From a virus: a stretch of DNA of 41,175 nt. The stretch's first letter is position 1. The number at the start of each line of letters is the position of its first letter. Where the stretch lies: positions 1 to 41,175 of the IMG/VR virus record IMGVR_UViG_3300027651_000001. One strand, written 5' to 3'. Below are positions 24,506-34,700 of the stretch, piece after piece. The notes below the pieces were generated by a model. That model was not told where the DNA came from, did no database searches, and saw nothing but the letters and a program-made list of their open reading frames with translations. The position numbers and the translations under genes were made by a program.

Positions 24506-26500
24506 CTACGTTTTTGGCTTTTTCCTGCCTGCCGCCCCATTTCCAGTAGTATTTTCCGGTGTTGTCGCTGCTCTGTGGCTCTGAACCGCTACCTGCGCGG
24601 CGGTATCGAGCGCCTTCATCCGGTAGTCATGCGCGTGTTCGGACTCCTGCTCCTTCTCCTTCGCCGCTATCTTCTCCCGGTGCATCTGGAGTTCCGCCAT
24701 TACACTCTCAAGGCCGTGATCGGGCTTTTGCTGCTCCTGCTGCGTTCCGACCTGGGAGGGCTGGAACCCTAACATCTGCTCCATCTGCCTCTGAATGTCG
24801 GGCGGGGAGTCAAGGTAGTTCGTCTGCATCCACTTTACGAGGTCCGGCGGAAGGACGGCGGCGCCCTGCGGCGGCGGCGGGGCAGGCTTCCAATACTGAT
24901 CGGTGTCGGTCCTGTTGGCGGCAATCAGCAGATCGTTGAACACCGCCTGCAGGTTGGGCACCTGGGTTATCAGTCCCTTTGCCGCCAACTGAGTCCACAA
25001 CTCCCAGGACTGGATTATCGTGGTGTAGAGCTGCATGGAGGAGGTCAACTCGGTAGCCGGGTTGGAGAAGGAGGTCGAACCGTTCACCACCTTGACGGAG
25101 TGGACGGCAAGAAAGGCGTGCCAGAGTTGCACCGCCTGAGCGGGCACCTTCTTGCCTTCCTCCGGCCCGCCGAAGCGCTGCGTACACATCACGAAGGCGG
25201 TTGCAACGTCGGTACACCAATCCTCGAACTCCATCCGCTCGTCTACCATCATGGCGTTTGAACGGCTCTCCGAGAGCATCGCCGCCGTCGCGGTCACCCC
25301 GGGCGTCGACTCCCCGCGCATTGAGGGTGAAGCGCCCATGATCCCATCAAGGGCTGCCTGTGCGTTCGCCTGTGCGGGGCCGTAGGCGGGGGAAAGGGGT
25401 TCTCCAGGCACGCGCATGATAGGCGGCGCCTTCTCGTTGATGGGCCTCTCAACACCGATCATCTGGCTTGCAGAACCCGTTTCCAGGGCGGTACGCGCCT
25501 GCCCCTTTATCATGTTGGTATCGAAGAGGGTAATGGCCCCGCCGTGCTTTGCCGTGCTGGAGACTATGCCGGTAAGCCAGACAAGTTCCTGGTTCAGGCC
25601 ACGGGCGTAGACATTCATCCCGAGCGGGAGGATGCGGTCCCGGGGGTCTATGAACATGGCCCGGAAGAGGAGCGGGATACGACCGAGGAGGTTTTCGGAT
25701 CGGTGAATGACCCGATCTTCGTATACGTGTACCTCCGACTCGTTGTCGAAGTAGATGAAGATGCGGCAGATGACCCGCTCTCCGCTTCCCCCGACTCCGT
25801 CGCCCTCGTCTTCCTCCCCGAAACTCAGGCGTCTGCGGGTCTTCGCAATCGCCGTGTCTATCGTGTCGGCGTCCTCATCGGCGAAGTACCCGTGTTCCTT
25901 GTCGGGATCGTACTTCCGAACGGCTTCCGAGAGCGGCATATTGACGGCGACGCCCGCGTAACGCATCCGCCGTAGGTCGGTCGTGTGGGGGTCGAAGAAG
26001 AAGCGGTTGGAGGTGACGTTCTCGATCGAGAACCCGAAGTTTTCGTCCCAACGATACCAGATGCAGCCGAGCCCGCAGATTTTGCGCTTCTGCCAGGCAC
26101 CGCGCATCTTGTGCTTGAAGGAACCGTTCCTCCAGACCTGCTGCCACGCCTCCTGTATGATGGCAGGCGCTCCGGGGAACCCTTCGTTCTTGTCTTCATT
26201 GGCCCGGATGTGCAGCTTTGGGGTCTGAGAGCAGATAGCGGCAGAGGAGACTTCCGTGTTGATCGCCATGTAGTTCGGTTGCCCGATGGGAACCACTTCC
26301 GGATAGTCGGCGGTCTGCTGGAAGCGCGGCGGTATCACCTCGTCCCATCCGTCATCGCTCCCGTTCATCGTCGCAGAGTTGTCGTTGGCGTCGATGTAGG
26401 CGTTGGAGGCGACAAGGTCCGACTGGCGGAAGGGGCGTAGCCATAAGTTCGCCAGCTTCACCCGACCGACTATTTCACTATCATCGAGTTCATACGCCAT
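24506..26500 (-). CDS. Portal protein (664 aa)
   Basis: Size and position downstream of the terminase and upstream of scaffold and capsid. Confidence 0.65.
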   Translation of the reverse strand: MAYELDDSEIVGRVKLANLWLRPFRQSDLVASNAYIDANDNSATMNGSDDGWDEVIPPRFQQTADYPEVVPIGQPNYMAINTEVSSAAICSQTPKLHIRANEDKNEGFPGAPAIIQEAWQQVWRNGSFKHKMRGAWQKRKICGLGCIWYRWDENFGFSIENVTSNRFFFDPHTTDLRRMRYAGVAVNMPLSEAVRKYDPDKEHGYFADEDADTIDTAIAKTRRRLSFGEEDEGDGVGGSGERVICRIFIYFDNESEVHVYEDRVIHRSENLLGRIPLLFRAMFIDPRDRILPLGMNVYARGLNQELVWLTGIVSSTAKHGGAITLFDTNMIKGQARTALETGSASQMIGVERPINEKAPPIMRVPGEPLSPAYGPAQANAQAALDGIMGASPSMRGESTPGVTATAAMLSESRSNAMMVDERMEFEDWCTDVATAFVMCTQRFGGPEEGKKVPAQAVQLWHAFLAVHSVKVVNGSTSFSNPATELTSSMQLYTTIIQSWELWTQLAAKGLITQVPNLQAVFNDLLIAANRTDTDQYWKPAPPPPQGAAVLPPDLVKWMQTNYLDSPPDIQRQMEQMLGFQPSQVGTQQEQQKPDHGLESVMAELQMHREKIAAKEKEQESEHAHDYRMKALDTAAQVAVQSHRAATTPENTTGNGAAGRKKPKT

Positions 26501-26654
26501 AGTTGCAGTACCGCCATCGCGCTTCGCCAGGAATGGTCATTGTCCTGCCGAAGCCCATATAAACCTGAACCGTGCCGTCTTCACAGAATCCTCTGAGTTG
26601 GCCGTAGCCATAGCCTTCAACCAGGATCAGGCTGTGAAAGTCAGGGATACCCAT
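26490..26654 (-). CDS. Small hypothetical protein (54 aa)
   Basis: ATG at 26654 after the upstream stop; overlaps the portal start by 11 nt. Confidence 0.35.
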   Translation of the reverse strand: MGIPDFHSLILVEGYGYGQLRGFCEDGTVQVYMGFGRTMTIPGEARWRYCNYGV

Positions 26655-26664
26655 ACTGAAAGAT

Positions 26665-26982
26665 TCAAACACAGGCTGACTCCTCTGCGGTTGGGAAGGG
26701 GAACTGCTCGGTGACATGCTCCTGCCGCCACTGCTCCAACCCCTCACGGGTCTGTGAAGCCTGAATGACACCGCTCTCCAGTATCTGCTCAGCGCCCCAG
26801 GGCTTCGGCATCTCCGGCATAGCCGCCTCGTCCGCCTCGTAGCGCTTTTCATCCTCGCGCATCAGGGCGAGTTCGTCCGACTGGCCGCTGCCCTTTGTCA
26901 GTATCTTGTAGAGTTGGTTCTCGGGCTTGTCCGCCTCCCGGCATCCGATGATCTGAAAGTTGGCCGTGAACAGGCGCGTCAT
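26665..26982 (-). CDS. Hypothetical protein; the frame stays open upstream to 27102 and encodes a zinc ribbon (probable true start ATT at 27090)
   Basis: In-frame upstream sequence PRYPYKCTECGREYVRYKPIEGLQQPEFCSCNTRP has no ATG/GTG/TTG; AAGGAG lies 7 nt before the ATT. Confidence 0.55.
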   Translation of the reverse strand: MTRLFTANFQIIGCREADKPENQLYKILTKGSGQSDELALMREDEKRYEADEAAMPEMPKPWGAEQILESGVIQASQTREGLEQWRQEHVTEQFPFPTAEESACV

Positions 26983-27061
26983 CGGGCGAGTGTTGCAGGA
27001 GCAGAACTCCGGCTGCTGCAGTCCCTCGATGGGCTTGTACCGTACGTACTCGCGCCCGCAT

Positions 27062-27274
27062 TCAGTGCATTTGTAGGGGTAGCGTGGAATCGCCCTTCTC
27101 CTTCATCGCGGCGGTTGCGCCCGGGTGGACATGCTCTGCCCACTCTTCGAACGCCGAACGCTGACAGCGGCTTCCCTCGTGCGTCTCCCCGGACCATCCA
27201 CAGGAACACATCGCAAACGCGGCGAAGCCCCACGAATGGACCTCACAGTGATGCTTTTTCTCTTCTTCGGGCAT
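27062..27274 (-). CDS. Cys/His-rich small protein (70 aa)
   Basis: HHCEVH...CSCGWSGETHEGSRC; immediately downstream of TerL. Confidence 0.5.
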   Translation of the reverse strand: MPEEEKKHHCEVHSWGFAAFAMCSCGWSGETHEGSRCQRSAFEEWAEHVHPGATAAMKEKGDSTLPLQMH

Positions 27275-27275
27275 C

Positions 27276-28676
27276 TCAGGCTATCCTCAAGAAGTTGCGT
27301 AGCTGGTACTGATCTCCGGGCGTCTCCTCGCTGTAGTCGAGGCCGAAGAGGTATCCGGCCAGGTATCCCAGACAATCGAGCGCGTGATCCTCGCTCCGCC
27401 GTTGATCTAAATCCTCGCTGTCCACCTTGTAGATCGCCCCTTTGAACTCATTGACGAGGTTCGGACACGTTTCCGGGTCTATGGTGAGTATACCATGCTG
27501 CAGCAGGTAACGAATCAACTCCCATCGCGAAACGCGAGAGTAGGCGATTGCCGGGTACACATAGAACCCGTGCTTTGCCCACACCTCCGCCTTGCTGCGT
27601 GTGGTGTCCTTGCTCTCTCCCTCGATGGGATTGAACACCGAGGGGTCGGCCAGGCGCACGTCTATTTCGTGCATCAGCGGATTTGTGCGCCGCAGGGCGA
27701 GTTCCGCCTCCAGGGCGCGCCGGGCCTGCACATCAAGGTCCAGATGCTTCTGGTAGACCTCTTTGGCGACGTGGATATGTCGCTTGCCGGGGTTGCCCAG
27801 TTTGTCGCGCCTCTCCTCCCAGTGGGCGCACATCAGGTAGGCGAAGGGCTTTGCGCGCCCCCAGTCCGCCGCGCCGTACCAGTCCGCCCAGGCCGGAACG
27901 GTCCGGACCTCAAGGTTTTTGGGCATCAGCCGGAAGTACGTTCCGCTCTTTGCGTCCCAGTCCCCCTCCAACCATTGCGCCCGGAGGATAGGGTCTTTGA
28001 TCTTGTTGAGCGAACGCAGGATGTAGTTCGGATCTTGCTCCAGGGTGGCTGGACACTCCCGAATGACGCTCTTGACGAAGACCGTATGCCGGTCCCGGCT
28101 CTTCGGGTTGATGATGCGCCGTACCAGCCACTCCAGACCGCGCCCGCCCGGGTTGAAGGTGAGCAGGAAGCGCGGAACGCAGTCGGTGGAACAGGACTTT
28201 CGGTTGCTGCCCTTCAGTTGGTCGAACGTGATTTCGGAGAATTGTTCGGCCTGCTCTATCCAGATCGTGTCCCACTGCTCCCCGACGTAGTTCTCATAGT
28301 CGGTTTCGTTCTTGCAGTAGGCGAGCTTGATAAGGCTCCCATTTGGGAAGTGAAACTCGTAGTCTTTTTCCAGGTAGCCGATTTCCCCACGCGATCGCAG
28401 GCCGACCGGCAGCCCGAAGGCGCGCAGGAGTTGCTTGATCTGCTTACCGAGGTTCATATCGGCCGCAGACAGCACCCGACGCATAGCCAGATGCGCTGTT
28501 CCGGGGAACATCAGGGCGCGAATGATGACGACCAGCGCCCCGGTCCATGTCTTCCCGCCGAACCGGCTGCCCCCGAAGCCGAGCGTTTGAGTGCGCCAGT
28601 CGTCGTTAAGGGACCGGGACAGGCATTCCCTCTGCGCTCTTGTGGCGCGCATGGTGACCATGCGGGGCGTAGCCAT
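27276..28676 (-). CDS. terL: Terminase large subunit
   Basis: Walker A GSRFGGKT, Walker B-like TIWIEQAE, nuclease-domain AADWGRAKPFAY; an alternative upstream ATG at 28733 would overlap the previous gene. Confidence 0.85.
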   Translation of the reverse strand: MATPRMVTMRATRAQRECLSRSLNDDWRTQTLGFGGSRFGGKTWTGALVVIIRALMFPGTAHLAMRRVLSAADMNLGKQIKQLLRAFGLPVGLRSRGEIGYLEKDYEFHFPNGSLIKLAYCKNETDYENYVGEQWDTIWIEQAEQFSEITFDQLKGSNRKSCSTDCVPRFLLTFNPGGRGLEWLVRRIINPKSRDRHTVFVKSVIRECPATLEQDPNYILRSLNKIKDPILRAQWLEGDWDAKSGTYFRLMPKNLEVRTVPAWADWYGAADWGRAKPFAYLMCAHWEERRDKLGNPGKRHIHVAKEVYQKHLDLDVQARRALEAELALRRTNPLMHEIDVRLADPSVFNPIEGESKDTTRSKAEVWAKHGFYVYPAIAYSRVSRWELIRYLLQHGILTIDPETCPNLVNEFKGAIYKVDSEDLDQRRSEDHALDCLGYLAGYLFGLDYSEETPGDQYQLRNFLRIA

Positions 28677-28702
28677 AATGTTGCCATCTGCCTCCTCTGA
28701 GG

Positions 28703-28918
28703 CTAGTCTGTGGGTCTGGCTTTGCCGCCGCATTCCTCACAAGCAGCCTGCACAACTCGTTCAGGAGCCCTCCCGATACAGACCATTCGCGCAGGGCGTC
28801 CCTTCGATTTTCCTATCATCCGCCACTGACGACGTATGCCGACATAGGCTTCTGCGTAGAAGGGTCTGCCGCATACCATGCAGGTAAGCACTCTCCCCTC
28901 CATTCGGGGCGTCGGCAA
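28703..28918 (-). CDS. Zinc-ribbon protein (71 aa)
   Basis: CMVCG...CEECGG. Confidence 0.5.
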   Translation of the reverse strand: MPTPRMEGRVLTCMVCGRPFYAEAYVGIRRQWRMIGKSKGRPARMVCIGRAPERVVQAACEECGGKARPTD

Positions 28919-28919
28919 A

Positions 28920-29201
28920 TCACTTCATCCTTTTGAAGGGGTGCGGGCGATACTGCCACGGGAACGGCTTCCTGTTCGCCCGTTTCAGCGAATCTCCCCA
29001 CCGTACCGACCACATACGCAGCAGATAGCCGGTTTCGGGGTTGTGACGCGGAGCGGCAAGGCATATCCGGAGAAAAGCCTCACTCCTACTCCGTGCCCAT
29101 TCCGGGTGCCACAGAAGGCGAGCGTAGCCGATGTGAACGCTGACGGCGCATCCTTTCGTCTGCCCGCTGTACGTATCCCTCTCAACCGTGAATGACTTCA
29201 T
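28920..29201 (-). CDS. Hypothetical protein (93 aa)
   Basis: ATG at 29201 after GGGAGG; ATGA overlap with the upstream small ORF. Confidence 0.5.
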   Translation of the reverse strand: MKSFTVERDTYSGQTKGCAVSVHIGYARLLWHPEWARSRSEAFLRICLAAPRHNPETGYLLRMWSVRWGDSLKRANRKPFPWQYRPHPFKRMK

Positions 29202-29371
29202 TTCCCGATCCTCCCGAACTTCCAGAAGAGGTAAATCAGTGACGGGGCCGCAATGCAGAAGCAGGCACCCGATACCCACCATGCCTCTTTCATCGTGTGC
29301 ATGGTCGCAACCATGCAGTAAGCGATTCCGATAATGATGCACCAGAACACAAGCGGCTTAACGATCTTCAT
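29198..29371 (-). CDS. Small two-TM membrane protein (57 aa), absent from the ORF track
   Basis: MKIVKPLVFWCIIIGIAYCMVATMHTMKEAWWVSGACFCIAAPSLIYLFWKFGRIGK; GGAGGAG upstream; coupled to both neighbours. Confidence 0.5.
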   Translation of the reverse strand: MKIVKPLVFWCIIIGIAYCMVATMHTMKEAWWVSGACFCIAAPSLIYLFWKFGRIGK

Positions 29372-29781
29372 CACTCCTCCGGCGGTGCGTAGATGCGCGC
29401 TGATTCCGAGAGGAACACGCGCTGAAAGGCAACCAGGGCGCGTTTGGCCTCCGTGCTGAACTGGTCGGCCTCCAGGCGGATAGACAGACCCGAAAGGATC
29501 TCCTCCACCACCGGCACATCGGCCTGCTGGACGATCTCTGCCAACTTGCGGTCCAGGATGTCAAACGGGACGATGTTCAGGACGAAGTTCCCCGCCTGTG
29601 CCGCACGTTCGGCTGCCATCATCTCGGACAGCAGCTTCATCGCCGAAATGTCGGTTTTCGAGCGTTCCCGGAGGGAGTCGATCAGCGCCGTGTAATCGGC
29701 GCTGCTGAACAGACTCTCACCGTTCGGATCGCCGATTTCAAGCCTGTCTATGCTCGGTTTTCTGCCCCGTAAATCCGGCAA
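29371..29781 (-). CDS. Hypothetical protein (136 aa; small-terminase candidate by position only)
   Basis: TTG start 5 nt after AGGAG; helical, charged sequence. Confidence 0.5.
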   Translation of the reverse strand: MPDLRGRKPSIDRLEIGDPNGESLFSSADYTALIDSLRERSKTDISAMKLLSEMMAAERAAQAGNFVLNIVPFDILDRKLAEIVQQADVPVVEEILSGLSIRLEADQFSTEAKRALVAFQRVFLSESARIYAPPEE

Positions 29782-29876
29782 ATTTCGCTCCTATAGTTGC
29801 TCCTGCGTGCTTAATAACGCTAGAGTGTGCTTGGGCCGCAACGGTTGCAGCTTTTATATGCCAGTTTGTCTACCTA

Positions 29877-31139
29877 TTAGAAGGTAATTCCGAGTTCCTT
29901 CAATTTCTCCGCTTCCGTCTCGATTTCGTCAAAGGCTTCCGGCTCGGTTTCCACCGTGTAACCATCTAACTCTTTCGCGATCTTCTTCACCGTCTCCTGC
30001 GCCTCTTCTTTGGTCGCGCCGGTCGCCACCACCGCGCCGACGCAGACCGCGCCGGGGGTTACGTAGTGCTTCCCGTCGATAACACAGAAGTTGCGGAGTT
30101 TGACGTTTTCGGCGTAGCGCTTCGGGAACTCGATCTCCAGCCAGTTCTGTTCTGCCCACGTCGCGTGTATCATCAACTCCGCGCCCCACTCCGCTTTCGG
30201 AAGGGGGTCGATGCAGATTCCTTCGCCGCCGTACCAGAAGATGTCTGGGAGGTTCGTGTACATCTCCTGCAGCATCTCCGAGGGCGGCGATCCGGCGCGG
30301 CAGGCCGGGTCGATAACATGCGCGACGCCGTCTTTTGTGATCCGCGCCTCCATCGCGAAAAAGTTGCGGTAGCCGTACCGCTTCAGCGTGGGCGCGACGG
30401 CGGCGTTCATCACGATCAACTGCTCGGGTAGTTCGTGGTACTCTACGAAGTGCCCCAGGTATCCGCGGCTCTTCGCCTCGATCCCGAAGCAAGTAGCGTT
30501 CGGGAACATGCCGTCTACAGTGTACCCGTCGTAGGCAACCTCGACCGCATCCGGGATCTTCGCCTCTACGACGTACTTCATCTTCTCTTTGTACGGCCCG
30601 AGTTTGGCGGCCAACTCGTCAAGCCTCGGCTCGATGTTCTTGTAGTTCTTCGCGAAAAAGGTCTCTGCGTCCCCTCTCGTGCTGCTGATCTTGACGTACT
30701 GCTCTTCGTGGCCCTTGAGGTACGCCCGCAGTTCGGTCATGCCGGTGACCTCGGTCCAGTCGCCAGCGTTGAGCCCGACGCTCTCCAGGAGGCGCTTTGA
30801 GTGTGGCCGCTTCGTCTCCAGTTCCTCCCCGCGGCGGCTGCCCCACACACGCTTACCCAGGCTCTCCAGGTGCAGTTGGAGTTCGCCCATGTAGACGTCT
30901 AAAATGATGAAAAGGTCGATCTCGTCAAGGTAAGGCCAAAAGTCTTCGACCATCTCCACGCCCGGAACCCCCTCCCCGATACACCGAAGCGTCGTCTCAG
31001 GAAACGCCGAGTCCCATCGGTTATAGTACATGACACGCCCGAAGTCGCGCGACAGGGTTTGGGCGAAGGAGAGGAACAAGCCGAAGTCGATCACACAGAC
31101 CGTCTTCGAGCCGTACTCCTGTAGCAGTCCTCTTCTCAT
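29877..31139 (-). CDS. ATP-grasp fold ligase (420 aa)
   Basis: Three-domain layout with YVKISSTRGD (ATP-binding Lys region) and EARITKDGVAHVIDPACRAGSP (metal/ATP site); ATGA overlap start at 31139. Confidence 0.6.
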   Translation of the reverse strand: MRRGLLQEYGSKTVCVIDFGLFLSFAQTLSRDFGRVMYYNRWDSAFPETTLRCIGEGVPGVEMVEDFWPYLDEIDLFIILDVYMGELQLHLESLGKRVWGSRRGEELETKRPHSKRLLESVGLNAGDWTEVTGMTELRAYLKGHEEQYVKISSTRGDAETFFAKNYKNIEPRLDELAAKLGPYKEKMKYVVEAKIPDAVEVAYDGYTVDGMFPNATCFGIEAKSRGYLGHFVEYHELPEQLIVMNAAVAPTLKRYGYRNFFAMEARITKDGVAHVIDPACRAGSPPSEMLQEMYTNLPDIFWYGGEGICIDPLPKAEWGAELMIHATWAEQNWLEIEFPKRYAENVKLRNFCVIDGKHYVTPGAVCVGAVVATGATKEEAQETVKKIAKELDGYTVETEPEAFDEIETEAEKLKELGITF

Positions 31140-31354
31140 TGGCGGCGCGTTCTCTTCTTGTGGAGGCGAGGGGAGGGCGGAACGCCGCAGAACTTGCGTC
31201 GGTACGTATGATATGCCGTTCCGGTCATGCAGAGCCACTCATGCTCGTATGATACCCGAGTCCCCTTCGGGAACATACCTTTGCGCAGGATGGTTACTCG
31301 ATGTCCCATCATCGCTTGTTGGATCGCCGTGATCCTCACTGTCGGGTTGTTCAT
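31136..31354 (-). CDS. Hypothetical protein (72 aa)
   Basis: ATGA-coupled at both ends. Confidence 0.45.
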   Translation of the reverse strand: MNNPTVRITAIQQAMMGHRVTILRKGMFPKGTRVSYEHEWLCMTGTAYHTYRRKFCGVPPSPRLHKKRTRRQ

Positions 31355-31677
31355 TTCTTCCCCTTCGCTGCGTGTGACTTGCCTTTGCCCTTTGCGCCCC
31401 CTGAGAAGTCGGCGGGGTCCATCGGCTTCATTCCGCTGGTCGCCGTGATGTGCTTGCAGCCCTGGTCTATCATCTGCTGCAGGGCGCGCTTCTCCGCGTT
31501 CTGCAACTCTCGAAGGTTGCCGGAGAATGTGTCGGTCTTCTCCACGCAGACGGTCGTCCCGCACTCGGAGCATTGGATCGTCTTCACCATGATCCAGCGC
31601 ATGTCCGGGTGCGGCGTCCACGGCCCGTGCGTCACATCCGGAGTGTGCCGGTAGGCGGTCTGATGTACGCTCGACAT
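31351..31677 (-). CDS. Hypothetical Cys-containing protein (108 aa) with a Lys/Gly-rich tail
   Basis: CSECG...C; C-terminal GGAKGKGKSHAAKGKK. Confidence 0.5.
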   Translation of the reverse strand: MSSVHQTAYRHTPDVTHGPWTPHPDMRWIMVKTIQCSECGTTVCVEKTDTFSGNLRELQNAEKRALQQMIDQGCKHITATSGMKPMDPADFSGGAKGKGKSHAAKGKK

Positions 31678-31727
31678 ACCCCTAAGTCCTCCCCCTGTTT
31701 AGTATGGCGTAGCCCAATGAGTGGGGG

Positions 31728-34700
31728 TTACCGCCTGCCTCTTCTCTTCTGAGTCCTCTGCGGAACCTGTTGTCGCAGAACCGGAACGCCCATCTTGATC
31801 TGTTCCCGGAACCCTCTCGGGCTACGGGCGATTGTTTTGCCCTGATCGTCTACGTCGCCCTTCAGAGGTCGGGGGAGAAGTCCCTGTAGCGGAACCTTGC
31901 CTGTCGTCGCCTCTTGCAGTATACCCGGTTCCGTAATGGTAGACACATACGCTCCCGCCGCCCTGCCGAACGCGCCCTCAGACTCGCCTGCCCGTCCTGC
32001 AGTTGTCAACTCCTCGTAGAACGGAACCTGTTCCGCTATGCCGAAGCCGATACCACCCGCGACGTTGCCGACTTTGCTCAGTGCGTCGTCTCCGGAGTGC
32101 TGGGCGTTCTCCTGCATGTACCGGGTGTAGGTCGCGCCCATCTGGATAGACTCGATTGCCGGGGCGTGCAGATAGGTGTGCGGGATGTTCGCGCCTCCGA
32201 CTTGGATCTCCGAGAAACCCGGTTCGCCCTCCTTCGGCGTCCTGCCCTTCTGGTAGTAGCCTCCCGCCTTAATCGCTCCGAAGGCACCGAGAGCGAAGAG
32301 AGCGGCGGATAGTCCCTGCCGCTTGAAGGTGCGGAACACTTCATCGGCCTGTTCGGGCGAAAGGCTGTCTATCCCTCCCGCCTTCGCTGCCTTTGCCGCT
32401 TCCCACATCTTGGGAGTGATGAAGCCGACGCCGGGAATGCGCGTGTAGGTCTCTCCTGCGTAGTTTACCGGGATCTTGACGATAGGCAGAGCGGTCTGCA
32501 TCGCTGTTGCCGCGACCGGCCCGACACCCTCCACCGATCCGATTGCGCCGACCGCGCGGCGGAACATATCCACACCCTTGTTCGAGCCTTTGAAGATCAT
32601 CCGGTTCGCGTCGTTGTATGCCTGCACACCGAGAGTCATCTGAGTAGCGGGGTCGCTGATGTCAAGCCCTTGCCGCTGCGCGAACGCGGAACGCTTCTGC
32701 AGAGAGCGGAAGAACTCGTTTCGCAAGGCAGGATTCTTGAGCGCCTGATGCAGTGACCCGAGCAACTGGAACCCGGCAGGCATGTTCGCGCCCCGCACCT
32801 TATCGCTGCCGAATATGGCGTCCAGACTTCCTTTGCCCGTCTTTCCAATGGCCTTTGTGTCGGCCGCGATATTCGGGACGCTGATGTCTCCCGTTGTCCC
32901 CTTTGCGATTGCTCCGAACGTGGCTTTGAGTGCGTCGCGTTCTGCCGCAAGGTTGACGCCTCCTCCCTCACGAGGAGCCTTTGCCGCGATACGCTTCAGG
33001 ACAGGCAGACGCCCCAGCCCTGCGCCTATGATCTCCTCTACAGGCGTTACGACGATCCGCGCCGTAGCCGCCGCGCCCAACTTCCCGAGCGTGCCTATTC
33101 GAGAGATCATAAAATTGCGTTGCAGTGCCAGCAGGTAATCGAAGGCGGTCGGCTTCTCCCGCGCCTGCACCATGCGGTCAATAGCATCCTGCAACCTGTT
33201 CCGCTGTTCGACAAGCCCGGTCGCATCCGTGTCGTATGCGGGCTTCGTGCGTCCTGACTTGGCCGGCACAACTCCCGATTTCAACTGCTCTTCAAGGTCG
33301 GCTATCTGACGCTGCAGCCGCGTCTTGATGGCGGGGAGCGGATCGCGGGGTGTTGACAGCCCGCTTGACTTCATGGCCGCATCCAACTGCTCGCGCAACG
33401 CCTGCACGTCGGCCGATGGTTTGCCGGGCCTGCGTCCCTGTGCAGGTTGAACGCCTGATTGCGCGTCCTCGATCTTAGATACCAGAAGCATCTGTTTGCG
33501 CAGGTCGCTCATCTGACGAGCGAGTGTGCCCCGCGTGGTCTTCGGCGGCTCTCCGTAACCCGTAATGGCGTCCCTTATGTCGCGCGCTTCGGCGTCAGGC
33601 AGAGCGCCCCGCGTGTCGGCGTGGATCTGGTCTATCACGTCTTTGGCGCTGAGTATACCCTGCTGCACCTTTATCTTGAACAACTCCTTGAGGAGAGGCG
33701 CAACGGAAGGGTCAACGCCGATGTTCAGCTGCCCGGACTTTGCGGCGATCTGCCTAACAAGATCGTCGTAGCGTGCCGTGAGGTCGCCCTTTGCGGCGGT
33801 TCGCCCTGTCGCTGCCGCATCTGCTTTCGCCTGCCTGCTAACCTTCGTGGAGAGCGCCTGCGCCTGCAAGTCCTTGATACGCTCGTCTCTGTCGGCTATG
33901 GCCTTGTTCGTATCTTCCAACTGCTTTGTGAGCGCAGTCACCCGCCCGTCTTCGGCAGGCGTAACGGGTTTGGTCGGATCGGCCGCAACCATCCTGCGAC
34001 GTGTGCCGAGGTAGTCATAATCGAACACCTCCTGTTGCCGAAGCGCAAAAGCGCGTCCCGCCTCCGTGCCGCCTCTCTCGTTGGCGTCGGCGAGTGTCTG
34101 GTGAACCGACTCCTGCGCCTTCAACTGCGCCTTCAGGACCGCTACCTGATTGGCGTCGCCTGCCTCCTGCGCCTTCTCCAGTTGCGCGAGAGTGCCGCGA
34201 ACGCCCTCCTTGATGTGTTGGCGGGCTATCGTGTTGGCCCCTTGCTCCACATCGGTGAAGGGTCTCGGCTTCTCCAGAATGGACTGCGCCGTCGCCAGCG
34301 CCCTTTCAGGGGTTGCCGCGCCTGTGCGTTGCGCCTCTGCCATCGAGTCGCGCATCTTCTTCTGGACGGCAGGAGGGTACTCTTTCAGGCCCGCGTCAAG
34401 GAGGTCTTGGCGCACGTCCGCATTCGCGCCCCGCGTGGAGATCACATCGGTCTGTGGCTTAGGGACAGCAGTCTCGCCTTCTTTGGGCACGATGGAGAAG
34501 GTACGGCGCTCTTCCAACGCCTTGTTGTGCGCCTCGACTCGTGCAGCATCCTCCGGAGAAAGGGGGACTCCCGGTTTGGGGATGTAGCGGCCGACAGTGC
34601 GCTCCGGTTCGGGCGGCGGTAGGGCAGCGGTGGGAGGCTTTGCTGCAGGCTTTTCGGGCAGTACTGCATCGGCAGTTCCGGCGGGGGTGGCCGCTCTCGT

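Noticed and set aside
23309-24772. 487-aa + strand ORF opposite the scaffold and portal genes. Similar cases are 27495-28700 (+, 401 aa) opposite TerL, 33459-34622 (+, 387 aa) and 34905-35513 (+) opposite the 1380-aa protein, and 14960-15937 and 16295-17089 (+) opposite the spike and fiber genes.
   Set aside because: All lie antisense to genes with clear motifs or operon coupling. All have Arg/Leu/Gly/Pro-dominated composition and lack start-site signals. They are GC-driven open frames.
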